Shown: positions 32,910 to 41,795, numbered from the stretch's first letter. The stretch is 43,009 nucleotides of DNA from Candidatus Nanosyncoccaceae bacterium (GCA_045630145.1 JAZQSO010000031.1:1-43009); one strand, 5' to 3'. Notes: generated by a model not told the origin, from the sequence alone. Translations and numbers: made by a program.

Positions 32910-33149
32910 ATCATCAATCATTGGCATCGCCTTCCCCCTCCACATCTTCTGAAGTCTGCCCATACTATCTAACGCCAAGATTGTTGGATATTCGACAACA
33001 TCATATGCTTTGCATAAGCTCTCGCCTGCTGGCTCGTCTGGACTTAGGCTTTCTGGCACACGGCCGCCACGCATTTCGAAATCATGAAGCCACGAAATCA
33101 CGCCACGCGCATATTCCGTATTATCTCGCCAAATTACTACCACCCGCAT
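32883..33149 (-). CDS. Thioredoxin-fold (NrdH/glutaredoxin-like) protein lacking the CxxC active site
   Basis: 88 aa. MRVVVIWRDNTEYARGV...YPTILALD..G aligns by eye with NrdH (IYTRNDCVQCHA...LPVV), with TEYA in place of CVQC. Confidence 0.5.
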   Translation of the reverse strand: MRVVVIWRDNTEYARGVISWLHDFEMRGGRVPESLSPDEPAGESLCKAYDVVEYPTILALDSMGRLQKMWRGKAMPMIDDVMYYLIEQ

Positions 33150-33157
33150 ATCTGCTC

Positions 33158-33661
33158 CTATTTTTTCTTCTTATTGATTTCAACTTCATCGCCCTGCTCG
33201 GCTTTACACCTTGCCATCTTGGCGCGCTGTTCTGCGATGCTATCCTCAAGCTCGTCTAAGGTCTTAAACTCACGGAACACGCTTACAAAACGCACGTAAG
33301 CCATCTCGTTTGTACCAGACAAGACCTCAAGAATCGTCTCACCGATTAAGCTTGAAGGAATTTCGTCCTTGCTCTGCGCGTAAATGCGCTCTTCGACCTG
33401 ATCAATCACGGATTGGACATCGAGGTCGCTTTCGAAGTATTTGCCCACACTTTGGCGAATCGAGCCTGCCATCTTCTCGCGGTCGAAGGCCTCGCGCGAA
33501 CCACTACGCTTCCTAACCATCATACCCGGACGTTCAATGCGCTCATAGGTCGTAAAGCGATGCTTTCCGTCTAGAGACACACGACGGCGTCGAATCATTG
33601 TGCCATCTTGAGACTCACGGCTCTCGATGACCTTACTTTCTCCAATTTTGAAGTGGCTCAC
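33158..33661 (-). CDS. nrdR: NrdR-family transcriptional repressor with an ATP-cone, but with all zinc-ribbon cysteines replaced
   Basis: KVIESRESQDGTMIRRRRVSLDGKHRFTTYE matches the NrdR core (KVIDSR...RRRR.C..C..RFTT.E). The ATP-cone region VRKRSGSREAFDREKMAGSI...AYVRFVSVFREF is present. Confidence 0.8.
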   Translation of the reverse strand: MSHFKIGESKVIESRESQDGTMIRRRRVSLDGKHRFTTYERIERPGMMVRKRSGSREAFDREKMAGSIRQSVGKYFESDLDVQSVIDQVEERIYAQSKDEIPSSLIGETILEVLSGTNEMAYVRFVSVFREFKTLDELEDSIAEQRAKMARCKAEQGDEVEINKKKK

Positions 33662-33675
33662 TGTGAGCTCCTTCC

Positions 33676-34926
33676 TTAATTACGGTTCCTCTTGTGACGG
33701 CGCAAAATTGCTGGCACGTCATTATCATCATCATTATTCGAGCTAAATACACCAGAGTTCCAAATGTTAGTTGTGGATGGTGCGGTAAAATCTTCGCCAG
33801 CTGTGTTTGGCTGAACTGGAGCAACTTCAGGCTCACTTACTGGAGCTGTAGCGACTGGCTGAGGAGCAACCTCTTCCTGCTTTGGCTCTTCCATTGCTGG
33901 ATTGACTTCTGGTTCTGGCTCAGCAATTGGATTAATAACTGCCTGAGCAGCTGGATCACCACTGTAATAATCTGAATCGAAACCAGTCGCAATAACTGTA
34001 ACCATGATTTCGTCTTCGAGCTCTGGGCGAATGCTTGCACCCATGATGATATTAGCTTCTGGATTAACACTAGAGGTGATAACCTGACCGACTTCGTTAA
34101 GCTCGGCCATAGAGACGCCTTCACCGCCAGATACTAGATAAAGCACGCCACGTGCACCATCGATAGAAACTTCAAGAAGTGGCGATTCGATAGCCTGCTG
34201 AGCAGCGACGCTTGCACGGTTTTCACCAGATGCGCGACCGATACCCATAAGTGCGGAACCAGCATCCTTCATGATAGCCTCAACATCGGCAAAGTCGATA
34301 TTAATGATATGCTCTTCGGTAATGATATCTGTAACACCCTGAACACCCTGGCGAAGGATGTCATCAGCAATACGGAGAGATTCCTTCCATGGAATGTTAG
34401 GGTCAACAACCTGCAAGAGGCGTTCGTTTGGAATTGTAATCAAAGCATCAACGCTATGTGCCATATGCTGAATTGCCCATTCAGCGTTGCGACGGCGAAC
34501 TTCACCCTCGATATCGAATGGCTTAGTAACAACACCAACCGTCAAGATACCCATCTTGCGAGCTTCTTCAGCAACAATGTAGCCAGCACCAGAACCAGTG
34601 CCACCACCAGCACCGAAGGTAATAAATGCCATATCGGCACCTTCGAGCACCTTCTTAATTTCTTCGCGGCTAGCATCTGCTGCCTTTTCGCCACGAGCAG
34701 GATTTGCGCCTGCGCCTAGACCTTTGTTAGATTCAAGATGAAGTGGGAGTTTAACGTCAGCCTTAGAACTGCGAAGCTGCTGAGCATCGGTATTAATCGC
34801 AACAAGCTCGACACCAGTAAGGCCTGCTTCGCGCATACGGTTCACAGCATTACAACCAGCGCCACCTACGCCGATAACCTTAATATTTGCTACGCTATCT
34901 ACCTCACTTGGCTTTACTTCTGGCAT
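33676..34926 (-). CDS. ftsZ: Cell division protein FtsZ
   Basis: IKVIGVGGAGCNAVNRM, the GAGGGTGSGAG tubulin signature and the C-terminal peptide DVPAILRR. Confidence 0.97.
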   Translation of the reverse strand: MPEVKPSEVDSVANIKVIGVGGAGCNAVNRMREAGLTGVELVAINTDAQQLRSSKADVKLPLHLESNKGLGAGANPARGEKAADASREEIKKVLEGADMAFITFGAGGGTGSGAGYIVAEEARKMGILTVGVVTKPFDIEGEVRRRNAEWAIQHMAHSVDALITIPNERLLQVVDPNIPWKESLRIADDILRQGVQGVTDIITEEHIINIDFADVEAIMKDAGSALMGIGRASGENRASVAAQQAIESPLLEVSIDGARGVLYLVSGGEGVSMAELNEVGQVITSSVNPEANIIMGASIRPELEDEIMVTVIATGFDSDYYSGDPAAQAVINPIAEPEPEVNPAMEEPKQEEVAPQPVATAPVSEPEVAPVQPNTAGEDFTAPSTTNIWNSGVFSSNNDDDNDVPAILRRHKRNRN

Positions 34927-34994
34927 TTGTATATACTCCTACTTTCCAATTCTTTATCTAATATAACATCTGTATAAATTTTTTGCTAGTATCC

Positions 34995-36236
34995 CTAATG
35001 GAACAGCTTAGATATTTTCGCCAAGATGCCAGGCCCACCTTTGCGCAACTTGAAACCACCGCCATGACCACGTTTTCCGTGGCTGGATTCGCGGAATTCT
35101 CGCTCGCTCATATCGCGCATCATAAGACCAATCGCCGTAGCGTAATCGATCTTCAAGACTTCTGGCGCAGACGAGCTTACAATTGGCAAAATTTCACCAA
35201 TACGCACCGCCATACCAAGCTTCGAACGAACGTAAAGATCAAGATTCTTCATTCTTGCGCCACCACCAACCATTACAAGGCCTTCCGGCAAGCGCCTATC
35301 ATAACCAACCGCCTTCAAGCGATTATGAACTTCTTCAAAGATTTCATCGAGACGCGCTTCAACAACTTCGTTAATTTCCTTGCGCGCAAAGACATATTCA
35401 TCGTTACGATGCTTAATCGTCACGTCTTTGCCCTCACCAAACTGACAATCCGCATAGCGAAGCTTCACTTCCTCGGCAAGCTCTGGCGTTGCCGCCAAAA
35501 TCGTCGCGAGATCACGCGTGACGTCATTACTACCCATCGGGATAACCGTTACAAATTGCAATTCTCCCTCGTCGTAAACTGCGAGACTAGTCGTATTGCC
35601 ACCAAAGTTAATCACGCCAACACCATTTTCGCGCTGACGACCGGTAATTACAGCTTCAGCTGCTGCCATTGCGGCTGGCATAATTGCATGAACTTCTAAA
35701 TTACCAGCTTGGTCACAAATCTGACGGATGTTATTTACGTCTGGCAAAAGTGCCGAGACAACATTCGCACGAATTTCCAAGCGAGAGCCAGTCATACCAA
35801 GTGGATCGCGAATATTTCCCTGACCATCAAGCTTATATTCAAAAGGGATTAAATCAAGAATATCGCGGTTGTTTGGCACCTTCATCTTCATGGCGGCTTC
35901 TTCGAGGCGGCTCAAATCGCCCTCATTAATGCCACGGCCATCATCTTGAATGAGCACCATACCTTCAACATTCGTGCTAGCAATGCTTACACTGTTAAGA
36001 CCTACGGCTGCACCTGTAATATTGTAACCGCTCATATTCTCAGCAGTATGAACCGCCTCTACTAGAGGCTCAATTGGCGAATGAAGATCAGAAATCGCAC
36101 CCCTACGCACACCCTCAGACTCAACTTCAGCATAGCCAACAATAGAAATCTCATCACCAGAACGAGACCCAACTACAACCCGAAACTTATTCGAGCCAAA
36201 ATCAATTCCGACTGCGTAGCGCGCTTTTTCTTCCAT
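34995..36236 (-). CDS. ftsA: Cell division protein FtsA
   Basis: Actin-like fold (YAVGIDFGSNKFRVVVG, GGNTTSLAVY, MVGGGARMKNL). I prefer the start at MEEKARY (36236), which has TGtTATAAT 7 nt upstream. Confidence 0.9.
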   Translation of the reverse strand: MEEKARYAVGIDFGSNKFRVVVGSRSGDEISIVGYAEVESEGVRRGAISDLHSPIEPLVEAVHTAENMSGYNITGAAVGLNSVSIASTNVEGMVLIQDDGRGINEGDLSRLEEAAMKMKVPNNRDILDLIPFEYKLDGQGNIRDPLGMTGSRLEIRANVVSALLPDVNNIRQICDQAGNLEVHAIMPAAMAAAEAVITGRQRENGVGVINFGGNTTSLAVYDEGELQFVTVIPMGSNDVTRDLATILAATPELAEEVKLRYADCQFGEGKDVTIKHRNDEYVFARKEINEVVEARLDEIFEEVHNRLKAVGYDRRLPEGLVMVGGGARMKNLDLYVRSKLGMAVRIGEILPIVSSSAPEVLKIDYATAIGLMMRDMSEREFRESSHGKRGHGGGFKLRKGGPGILAKISKLFH

Positions 36237-36243
36237 AACACTT

Positions 36244-36249
36244 ATTATA
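36244..36249 (-). promoter_or_regulatory. Extended -10 TGtTATAAT 7 nt upstream of the ftsA ATG
   Basis: The minus strand reads TGtTATAAT-aagtgtt-ATG(36236). It sits directly after the map terminator. Confidence 0.55.
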
Positions 36250-36261
36250 ACATAAGCACAA

Positions 36262-36291
36262 ACAAAAACCACTCCGCATTATGAAGTGGTT
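36262..36291 (-). terminator. Intrinsic terminator after map
   Basis: AACCACU-11 nt-AGUGGUU followed by a U-run on the minus strand. Confidence 0.65.
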
Positions 36292-36302
36292 AAGGTTTTT
36301 AT

Positions 36303-37046
36303 TTACAAAGTTGTCAGAATTTCGTAGCCGTCTTCCGTCACAAGCACTGTATGCTCACAATGGCACCCAATCGAACCATCTTTCAAGCAGACCGTCCAAC
36401 CATCATCGCCTTGCACTACAACCGTATCTGGCTTACCGAGGCTAGACATTGGCTCAATACAAATCGTATCGCCAGGCTGCAAGGTAATGCCCTGACCTTT
36501 CTTACCAAAGTTTGGCACCTCTGGTGGCATATGCATTTTCTTACCGATACCATGACCGACATAATCACGAATTACGCCAAGCTTACCCTTCTTCAAAGTC
36601 TTTTCAACAGCAAAGCCAATATCACCAAGCTTAGCTCCAGGCTTAACCTGCTCGATACCTTCATAGAGCGAAGATTCCGTGTAGCTTAGAAGATGCTTTT
36701 GGGCGGCAGTTGGCTTACCAAGAATCATTGTAAAGGCTGAATCAACGTAGTAACCCTGATACTTGATAACCAAATCGTAGGAGATTTTGTCGCCTTCCTC
36801 AAAAGGAATATCCTTTGGAATGCCGTGAATCAGCTCATTATTTACCGAGATACAGATAGAACCTGGGAAATTTACCTCTGGTTCATAGTAGGCAATCCCA
36901 GCACCATAGCTCAAGATTTTCTTCTCGACCCACTTATCAACTTCTTTGCCCGTCATGCCCGGCTGAGTATATTCGCGCAATTCCTTAAAGATTTGCGCCA
37001 TAATCTTGCCGCCGGCACGCATGGCCTCAATTTTCTTTTGATCCAT
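36303..37046 (-). CDS. map: Methionine aminopeptidase, type I
   Basis: Pita-bread motifs (YYVDSAFT, GHGIGKKMHMPPEVPN, CIEPM, EHTVLVT). The TAATG overlap with the adk stop favours ATG 37046. Confidence 0.9.
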   Translation of the reverse strand: MDQKKIEAMRAGGKIMAQIFKELREYTQPGMTGKEVDKWVEKKILSYGAGIAYYEPEVNFPGSICISVNNELIHGIPKDIPFEEGDKISYDLVIKYQGYYVDSAFTMILGKPTAAQKHLLSYTESSLYEGIEQVKPGAKLGDIGFAVEKTLKKGKLGVIRDYVGHGIGKKMHMPPEVPNFGKKGQGITLQPGDTICIEPMSSLGKPDTVVVQGDDGWTVCLKDGSIGCHCEHTVLVTEDGYEILTTL

Positions 37047-37591
37047 TACTTTGCAATTTCCCACTCTTTGAGCTGAGTTTCAATACGCTTGGAAATCTCT
37101 TCAATTTCACCTACGCCGTCAATATGCGCAATCTTTACGCCTTTACTAGCAAGAAGTTCGCTCATTGTCTTAATCGTGCGATCAAAGAGAGCCCAACGCT
37201 GCTCGATTGCTTCATCATTGTCATCTTCACGGCCACGCAAAGCGAGACGCTTCTTAAGCTCTTCATGAGAGACATCGAAGATGATTGCGCCATCGATATA
37301 TTGTGTGTCGTTATTTTCGACAATCCATTCAGCCTGCCACTCATCGCGTGGATAACCATCAAGGATTACGCCCTTACCAGCTTCCGTAGCTTCGACCATT
37401 GCCTCATGCATCATCTTTACAACGAGCTCATCTGGCACTAGAGCACCAGTCTTCATAATCTTTTCAAGCTCTGGATCCTGACGGTCACGTAGCATCTGAC
37501 CAACCGACATCCATTCCCAACCATACTTAACGGCTAGTTTCTGCCCCTGCAAACTTTTACCACTACCAGCAGGGCCAAAGAATATAATCAT
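37046..37591 (-). CDS. adk: Adenylate kinase (short-LID form, 181 aa)
   Basis: P-loop IIFFGPAGSGKS. GYPRD, the nucleotide (NMP/AMP)-binding motif. AAGGAG SD upstream. Confidence 0.9.
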   Translation of the reverse strand: MIIFFGPAGSGKSLQGQKLAVKYGWEWMSVGQMLRDRQDPELEKIMKTGALVPDELVVKMMHEAMVEATEAGKGVILDGYPRDEWQAEWIVENNDTQYIDGAIIFDVSHEELKKRLALRGREDDNDEAIEQRWALFDRTIKTMSELLASKGVKIAHIDGVGEIEEISKRIETQLKEWEIAK

Positions 37592-37629
37592 TTATCTCCT
37601 TTAATTGTTTTCTATATGAATTTTTTACG

Positions 37630-37656
37630 ATAAAAATACCCCGGCCTGCGGGGTAT
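37630..37656 (-). terminator. Intrinsic terminator after rpsU
   Basis: AUACCCCG-5 nt-CGGGGUAU followed by UUUUUAU on the minus strand. Confidence 0.75.
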
Positions 37657-37663
37657 CTTATCT

Positions 37664-37879
37664 TTATTTTAGGCCTAACTTCATGCGTTCAGCTTTTTCG
37701 GCTTTACGCTTGTCGCGTAAAATTGCCTTCAAACGGCGCTCGCGCTTGGAAATAGGCTTCGAGAAGCGCATATTTTCCTTCGCAGTAGCCATTACGCCAC
37801 TCTGAAGAACCTTGCGGTTGAAACGACGAATGATATTTTCGTTCGCTTCTTTCTCATCTTTACGGGTTACTTTAATCAT
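37664..37879 (-). CDS. rpsU: 30S ribosomal protein S21
   Basis: 71 aa, basic. IRRFNRKV...KPISKRERR is typical of S21. Confidence 0.9.
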   Translation of the reverse strand: MIKVTRKDEKEANENIIRRFNRKVLQSGVMATAKENMRFSKPISKRERRLKAILRDKRKAEKAERMKLGLK

Positions 37880-38002
37880 ATTGCACTAATTTTATCATAT
37901 CTTAGAAGAAGTTTCAAGCGATATAACATCTTGCATTTTTGCTCTTTTCTGCGCCCACGCAACTAAGTTGCCTCGTTTTTTTAAACTATACATCTGCGTA
38001 AA

Positions 38003-39616
38003 CTAATCAACCTTCTCCAAGCTAACAATAATCCCTTCCAACTTAGTCCTTCCGCCCCACTCATTCTTCGTCAAAGTAAACTGCACCAAGACATCAGAAC
38101 CAGATTTCACATTCAGCCACTCGCTCGGCACATAGAAACCCATCAATCTAAACTCCAGGCTATTCTTATCTTTCAAAGTCAGCGCCAAATGTTCCTCCTT
38201 CAAAATCCGAACACCTTTTATAGTAGCCGTAATCTCAAAAATCGGCTCCTGATTCCCCTCGCCAAACGGTTCCATCTGTTGAATTTCGTCACATAGCTCT
38301 AGGCTCAACTTCGAGAAATCCCCCAAAATCACATCGCTCGCCTGACGCAAATATTGCTCCTGACCAGTCAAGCCCAATCCCTCGTAATAATCATTAATCA
38401 AGGTCTTAAAGCTATCTAAATCCGTCGCATTCAAACTCAAGCCACAAGCCGCCGCGTGACCACCACCAGATAATAACAAGCCCTCTGGCATATTCTGAAG
38501 CGCCTCCGCGAGCGAGAAATCACCAAAACTACGTCCGCTACCTTTCAGAACGCCATCTTCAAGCTCCGCAAAGACAATCGCCGGCTTCTTATAGATCTCC
38601 ACCAAACGACCAGCCACAATCCCTACAATACCTTCGTGCCACTTACCGTGCGCCACAATCACAGCATCATCTTCACTAACCTGTAGATTCGCCTCTTTAA
38701 CCGCCTCGTCCTGAGCTTTACGACGCTCAGAATTCAATTCATCAAGCTCTTCAGCAAGCGTATAAGCCTCGGAACGCTTATTCGTCATCATTAAGTTAAG
38801 CGCCAAGTCCGCACTCTTCATACGCCCTGCCGCATTAATCCTTGGCCCCAGTTGAAAGCCAATCGAGCGACCATTCATCTCATCCAACTTCACGCCCGCA
38901 CGCTGCGCCAACTCTTTAATACCTCTACGGCGCGTCTTTGGGAACACCTTGAGTCCATAATAGGTAAAAATCCGATTCTCATCCCTTAGAACCATCGAGT
39001 CGCAAATCGTACCAAGCGTCACCAAATCTAGCAACCACTTCTCTTGGCCATCACATTTACCCCCATTCTTCTGCGCATTCAGAGCTCGCGCCAAAGTAAA
39101 AGCCACACCAACACCCGCCATCCTCAGGCCATACTTCTCGCCTGGCAAGTGCGAATTAATCACCGCTACCGCCGCCTCTGGCTTATTCGGGATCTCATGA
39201 TGGTCCGTCACGATCGTATCAATGCCACGCTCCTTCAATTTCGCGATTGTCTCGCCCGAACCGCTACCATTATCAACCGTGATCACTAAATTTACCCCAC
39301 GCGACACAATCTCTTCAATCGCACTGTCTTTCATGCCGTAACCATCTATAAAACGATTTGGCAAAATCACTTCCACATGCTCACAACCAAAGTCTTTCAA
39401 GGCCGTAAACAACACCGTGCTAGACGTCACGCCATCTGCATCATAATCGCCATAAATTAAAATGTGTTCAGCCTCGTCCCGTGCCTGCTCGATGCGAGCG
39501 ACTGCCTTGTTCATGCCAAGCATCAAAAATGGATCAAACAAATCTTCGTAGCGCGGGTTCAAAAAACTCTCGTCTAGCCCTCGGTCGGCTAGTATCTGCG
39601 AAAATATCTCAGTCAT
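38003..39616 (-). CDS. recJ: Single-stranded-DNA-specific exonuclease RecJ
   Basis: DHH motifs (IYGDYDADGVTS, ITVDNG, IVTDHHE) and the DHHA1 motif GGGHAAACG. Confidence 0.9.
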   Translation of the reverse strand: MTEIFSQILADRGLDESFLNPRYEDLFDPFLMLGMNKAVARIEQARDEAEHILIYGDYDADGVTSSTVLFTALKDFGCEHVEVILPNRFIDGYGMKDSAIEEIVSRGVNLVITVDNGSGSGETIAKLKERGIDTIVTDHHEIPNKPEAAVAVINSHLPGEKYGLRMAGVGVAFTLARALNAQKNGGKCDGQEKWLLDLVTLGTICDSMVLRDENRIFTYYGLKVFPKTRRRGIKELAQRAGVKLDEMNGRSIGFQLGPRINAAGRMKSADLALNLMMTNKRSEAYTLAEELDELNSERRKAQDEAVKEANLQVSEDDAVIVAHGKWHEGIVGIVAGRLVEIYKKPAIVFAELEDGVLKGSGRSFGDFSLAEALQNMPEGLLLSGGGHAAACGLSLNATDLDSFKTLINDYYEGLGLTGQEQYLRQASDVILGDFSKLSLELCDEIQQMEPFGEGNQEPIFEITATIKGVRILKEEHLALTLKDKNSLEFRLMGFYVPSEWLNVKSGSDVLVQFTLTKNEWGGRTKLEGIIVSLEKVD

Positions 39617-39619
39617 AAA

Positions 39620-39916
39620 TTAATTAATAATTTTATTGCCCGGCTTCGTGGACTGCTGCTGACTCTTGATCACAATGCTTTGCAGCTCCTTCAAAATCGG
39701 AAATTGCTTATTCGTCTGATAAATGTTTGTATTACCCTTTTTCGCCACCGTTAAAAACCCACCTTTAGCAAGATGCTTCAACTCGCGCTGAATATTTCCC
39801 GGGTCTTCTTTAATTAACTTCGCCAAACCACGCACATGTGTTTTGAAATCGGGATATTTCGCAAACACAACAATAATCTTCCGACGGACGCGGCTCGTTA
39901 CGAAAATGTCTAACAT
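39620..39916 (-). CDS. Small winged-helix transcriptional regulator (ArsR/MarR-like fold)
   Basis: 98 aa. VRGLAKLIKEDPGNIQRELKHLAKGGFLTVAKKGN looks like an HTH plus wing. AAGGAGG SD. Located upstream of recJ. Confidence 0.55.
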   Translation of the reverse strand: MLDIFVTSRVRRKIIVVFAKYPDFKTHVRGLAKLIKEDPGNIQRELKHLAKGGFLTVAKKGNTNIYQTNKQFPILKELQSIVIKSQQQSTKPGNKIIN

Positions 39917-40004
39917 TTACCTCCTTAACTGATTATTATTTTAGCAAAATCCCAGTATTTTCTACAACGTTTTTCTTTAACAATTTTCTATTTTCTTCCC
40001 CATG

Positions 40005-40033
40005 TTGACATTTCATAACGATTATGTTATAAT
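40005..40033 (+). promoter_or_regulatory. Consensus sigma70-type promoter TTGACA-17 nt-TATAAT
   Basis: TTGACA at 40005-40010, a 17-nt spacer, TATAAT at 40028-40033. About 95-nt leader to ATG 40136. Confidence 0.8.
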
Positions 40034-40135
40034 ACACCGGCTAGTTTGGAAAGCAATCCGAATCCGCACCTTAGCAATGCTTTCATTTTCCCGTCGCTTT
40101 AAAAGGCGACTGTCTTCATAGAAAGGAGAGATAGT

Positions 40136-40825
40136 ATGACCACTATCCGTGTAAAATCCGTATCCGCCGCTCGCTCTAAGGAGGTAGGTAATGTGAAGGT
40201 TACAGTAAGAAAGGTTTCCGCCGAAATCAGCCCCGTCGAACTGCTCAAGGCATTCTTCGAACGCTGTTCGCGACAGCTCGCCAACGTGCAGCCCTACTAC
40301 GCTCACGTTGCCGGCATCCTAGCCAAGCAACTCGAAGAAGTCGACAGCTTTAGCATCTCGGGCATCAAGAATGATCTTCCCGCAAACGCCAATGCGGTAT
40401 TCTTCTGCGAAGCAATCGCACCTGACTACCCAGGACAATATTTCAAGGAAGACATTCTTCTCCTTTGCAAAAGCCCTGACGCTTATACCGGACTGCACTG
40501 GGGATCCTTCCAAGAAGAAGGTCCAAGACACACCGAACTCATGGCTCGCGAAGCCTGCTCCGCAGCAATCTACGCACTCAAAGACAAAACAATTACCTCG
40601 CTCAGCAAAGCCGCAGCCGTCATGATTCGCAAGTTCTGCAAACAGGACTTCAATTGCAAAGAGACATTCGAGTATGCATATATTTGCTATCACGGCAGTC
40701 ACCACAGAAGCTACGCAGACATCTCCTACGAGGAGCTTGTCAGAAGATGCGACCCGCTCGCATCTAGTGGCCCGCGTATCTGCCGTGAAGACCTCGGCGA
40801 ATATATCAGCGACCTCTTCAAATAA
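40136..40825 (+). CDS. Orphan protein 1 of the tandem triplet (229 aa, cytoplasmic, Cys-rich)
   Basis: Perfect TTGACA-17-TATAAT promoter at 40005-40033, AGGAG at 40124-40128, ATG 40136, hairpins at 40852-40872 and 40898-40925. No motif recognised. Confidence 0.65.
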   Translation: MTTIRVKSVSAARSKEVGNVKVTVRKVSAEISPVELLKAFFERCSRQLANVQPYYAHVAGILAKQLEEVDSFSISGIKNDLPANANAVFFCEAIAPDYPGQYFKEDILLLCKSPDAYTGLHWGSFQEEGPRHTELMAREACSAAIYALKDKTITSLSKAAAVMIRKFCKQDFNCKETFEYAYICYHGSHHRSYADISYEELVRRCDPLASSGPRICREDLGEYISDLFK

Positions 40826-40897
40826 AGCATTGCAAAAAACAGTTAGAAAATCCTCTACATCACAAGTAGAGGCTAACCAAAGGCAATGCCTTATCTA

Positions 40898-40925
40898 GCC
40901 CCGCATCACAAGCGGGACTTTTTCT
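40898..40925 (+). terminator. Intrinsic terminator after orphan gene 1
   Basis: G(C)CCCGC-atcacaa-GCGGG(A)C followed by TTTTT. Confidence 0.75.
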
Positions 40926-40934
40926 TGCTCATGC

Positions 40935-40963
40935 TTGCCCTTTTACCTCTGTTATGCCATAAT
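40935..40963 (+). promoter_or_regulatory. Promoter TTGCCC-17 nt-CATAAT
   Basis: Coordinates 40935-40940 and 40958-40963. The leader contains a perfect 8-bp hairpin TCGAATAT-ggtgg-ATATTCGA (40972-40992). Confidence 0.65.
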
Positions 40964-41047
40964 ATCTTCGTTCGAATATGGTGGATATTCGAGGTTCTTC
41001 GACATCCGCCATCCGTCTTCTACCCCGTCCGCAAAGGAGGTTTTATT

Positions 41048-41782
41048 ATGGGAAGGGCTATTAAGAACGATTACGAACTTGCTCACCAGCTCACGTCTTT
41101 CTTTAGACGTCTGAGCTCCGCCTGCGATCATTCGTCAGTAACAGGCAATTACATTGCCAGCGTTGCGAAAACCTTAAGCACACAGGAAGACGCCTTCTTT
41201 GCGTCAACTCCCGTCCGCTTCTATGGTCAACTCGAAACGCCCTGCACGAATAATCTCCCTTACTACATCGATGCAGACCTGATCACTAAGCGTGTTCTCG
41301 ATTTCGTCGATGACGGAAGAGAAATTGCCGTTATGCGCAATAATGCCGCTTCCAACTTCAAGCCCAGCATCTACGTCGATTTCATCCTTGATCTCGACTG
41401 CGACTGGCCAGCATCCGTCTATAGCTCCGCATACGAAGAAGGTGTTCTCTGGATTGGCAAACGCCACCCTATAAGAATCGCTCAGGAATCCCTTAAAAAT
41501 GCCGCACGCTACGATTCGGACAAGCTGTTCGATAAAGCACTCTTCGCTATCGAAAACTACATCACCATCGATACAAGCATTCTCGAAGTCTACAAACGCG
41601 TTGCGCAATGCTACGAAGATAACTGGGGCGAAAGCGGCATTGATGCCCCCTGCGAGCTCTCTGTTCTCGCTAAACTGTTCGACCCCTATGCCAAAAAGGC
41701 CGACCCGGAGCTCGACTATCGCTATCGCGAGAAGCAGATCACGCACGAGTTGATTACACATCTTGCCAATCGCTATATTTAA
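41048..41782 (+). CDS. Orphan protein 2 of the tandem triplet (244 aa)
   Basis: AAGGAGG at 41034-41040 lies 7 nt before ATG 41048. The track start at 40886 would run through the promoter and terminator. Promoter at 40935-40963, terminator at 41796-41827. Confidence 0.65.
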   Translation: MGRAIKNDYELAHQLTSFFRRLSSACDHSSVTGNYIASVAKTLSTQEDAFFASTPVRFYGQLETPCTNNLPYYIDADLITKRVLDFVDDGREIAVMRNNAASNFKPSIYVDFILDLDCDWPASVYSSAYEEGVLWIGKRHPIRIAQESLKNAARYDSDKLFDKALFAIENYITIDTSILEVYKRVAQCYEDNWGESGIDAPCELSVLAKLFDPYAKKADPELDYRYREKQITHELITHLANRYI

Positions 41783-41795
41783 TGGCGGCAAAACA

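Noticed and set aside
34983-35699. A 238-aa ORF on the plus strand.
   Set aside because: It is antisense to ftsA, and no independent signals support it.
39917-40135. A possible replication origin at the switch from about 20 kb of minus-strand genes to plus-strand genes.
   Set aside because: The region is only 219 bp. I see no cluster of DnaA boxes (a single 8/9 match, TTTTCTACA, near 39954-39962), and no dnaA or dnaN gene lies nearby in the window. A similar strand switch occurs at 17950/17967. Genome-wide GC skew would be needed to decide.
40056-41015. Tandem ATCCG words in the leaders of orphan genes 1 and 2 (ATCCGAATCCG at 40056-40066 and ATCCGCCATCCG at 41004-41015) as a shared operator.
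   Set aside because: The words are only 5 nt long, the spacing differs (6 versus 7 nt), and they are absent from the third leader. This is too weak to call without genome-wide statistics.
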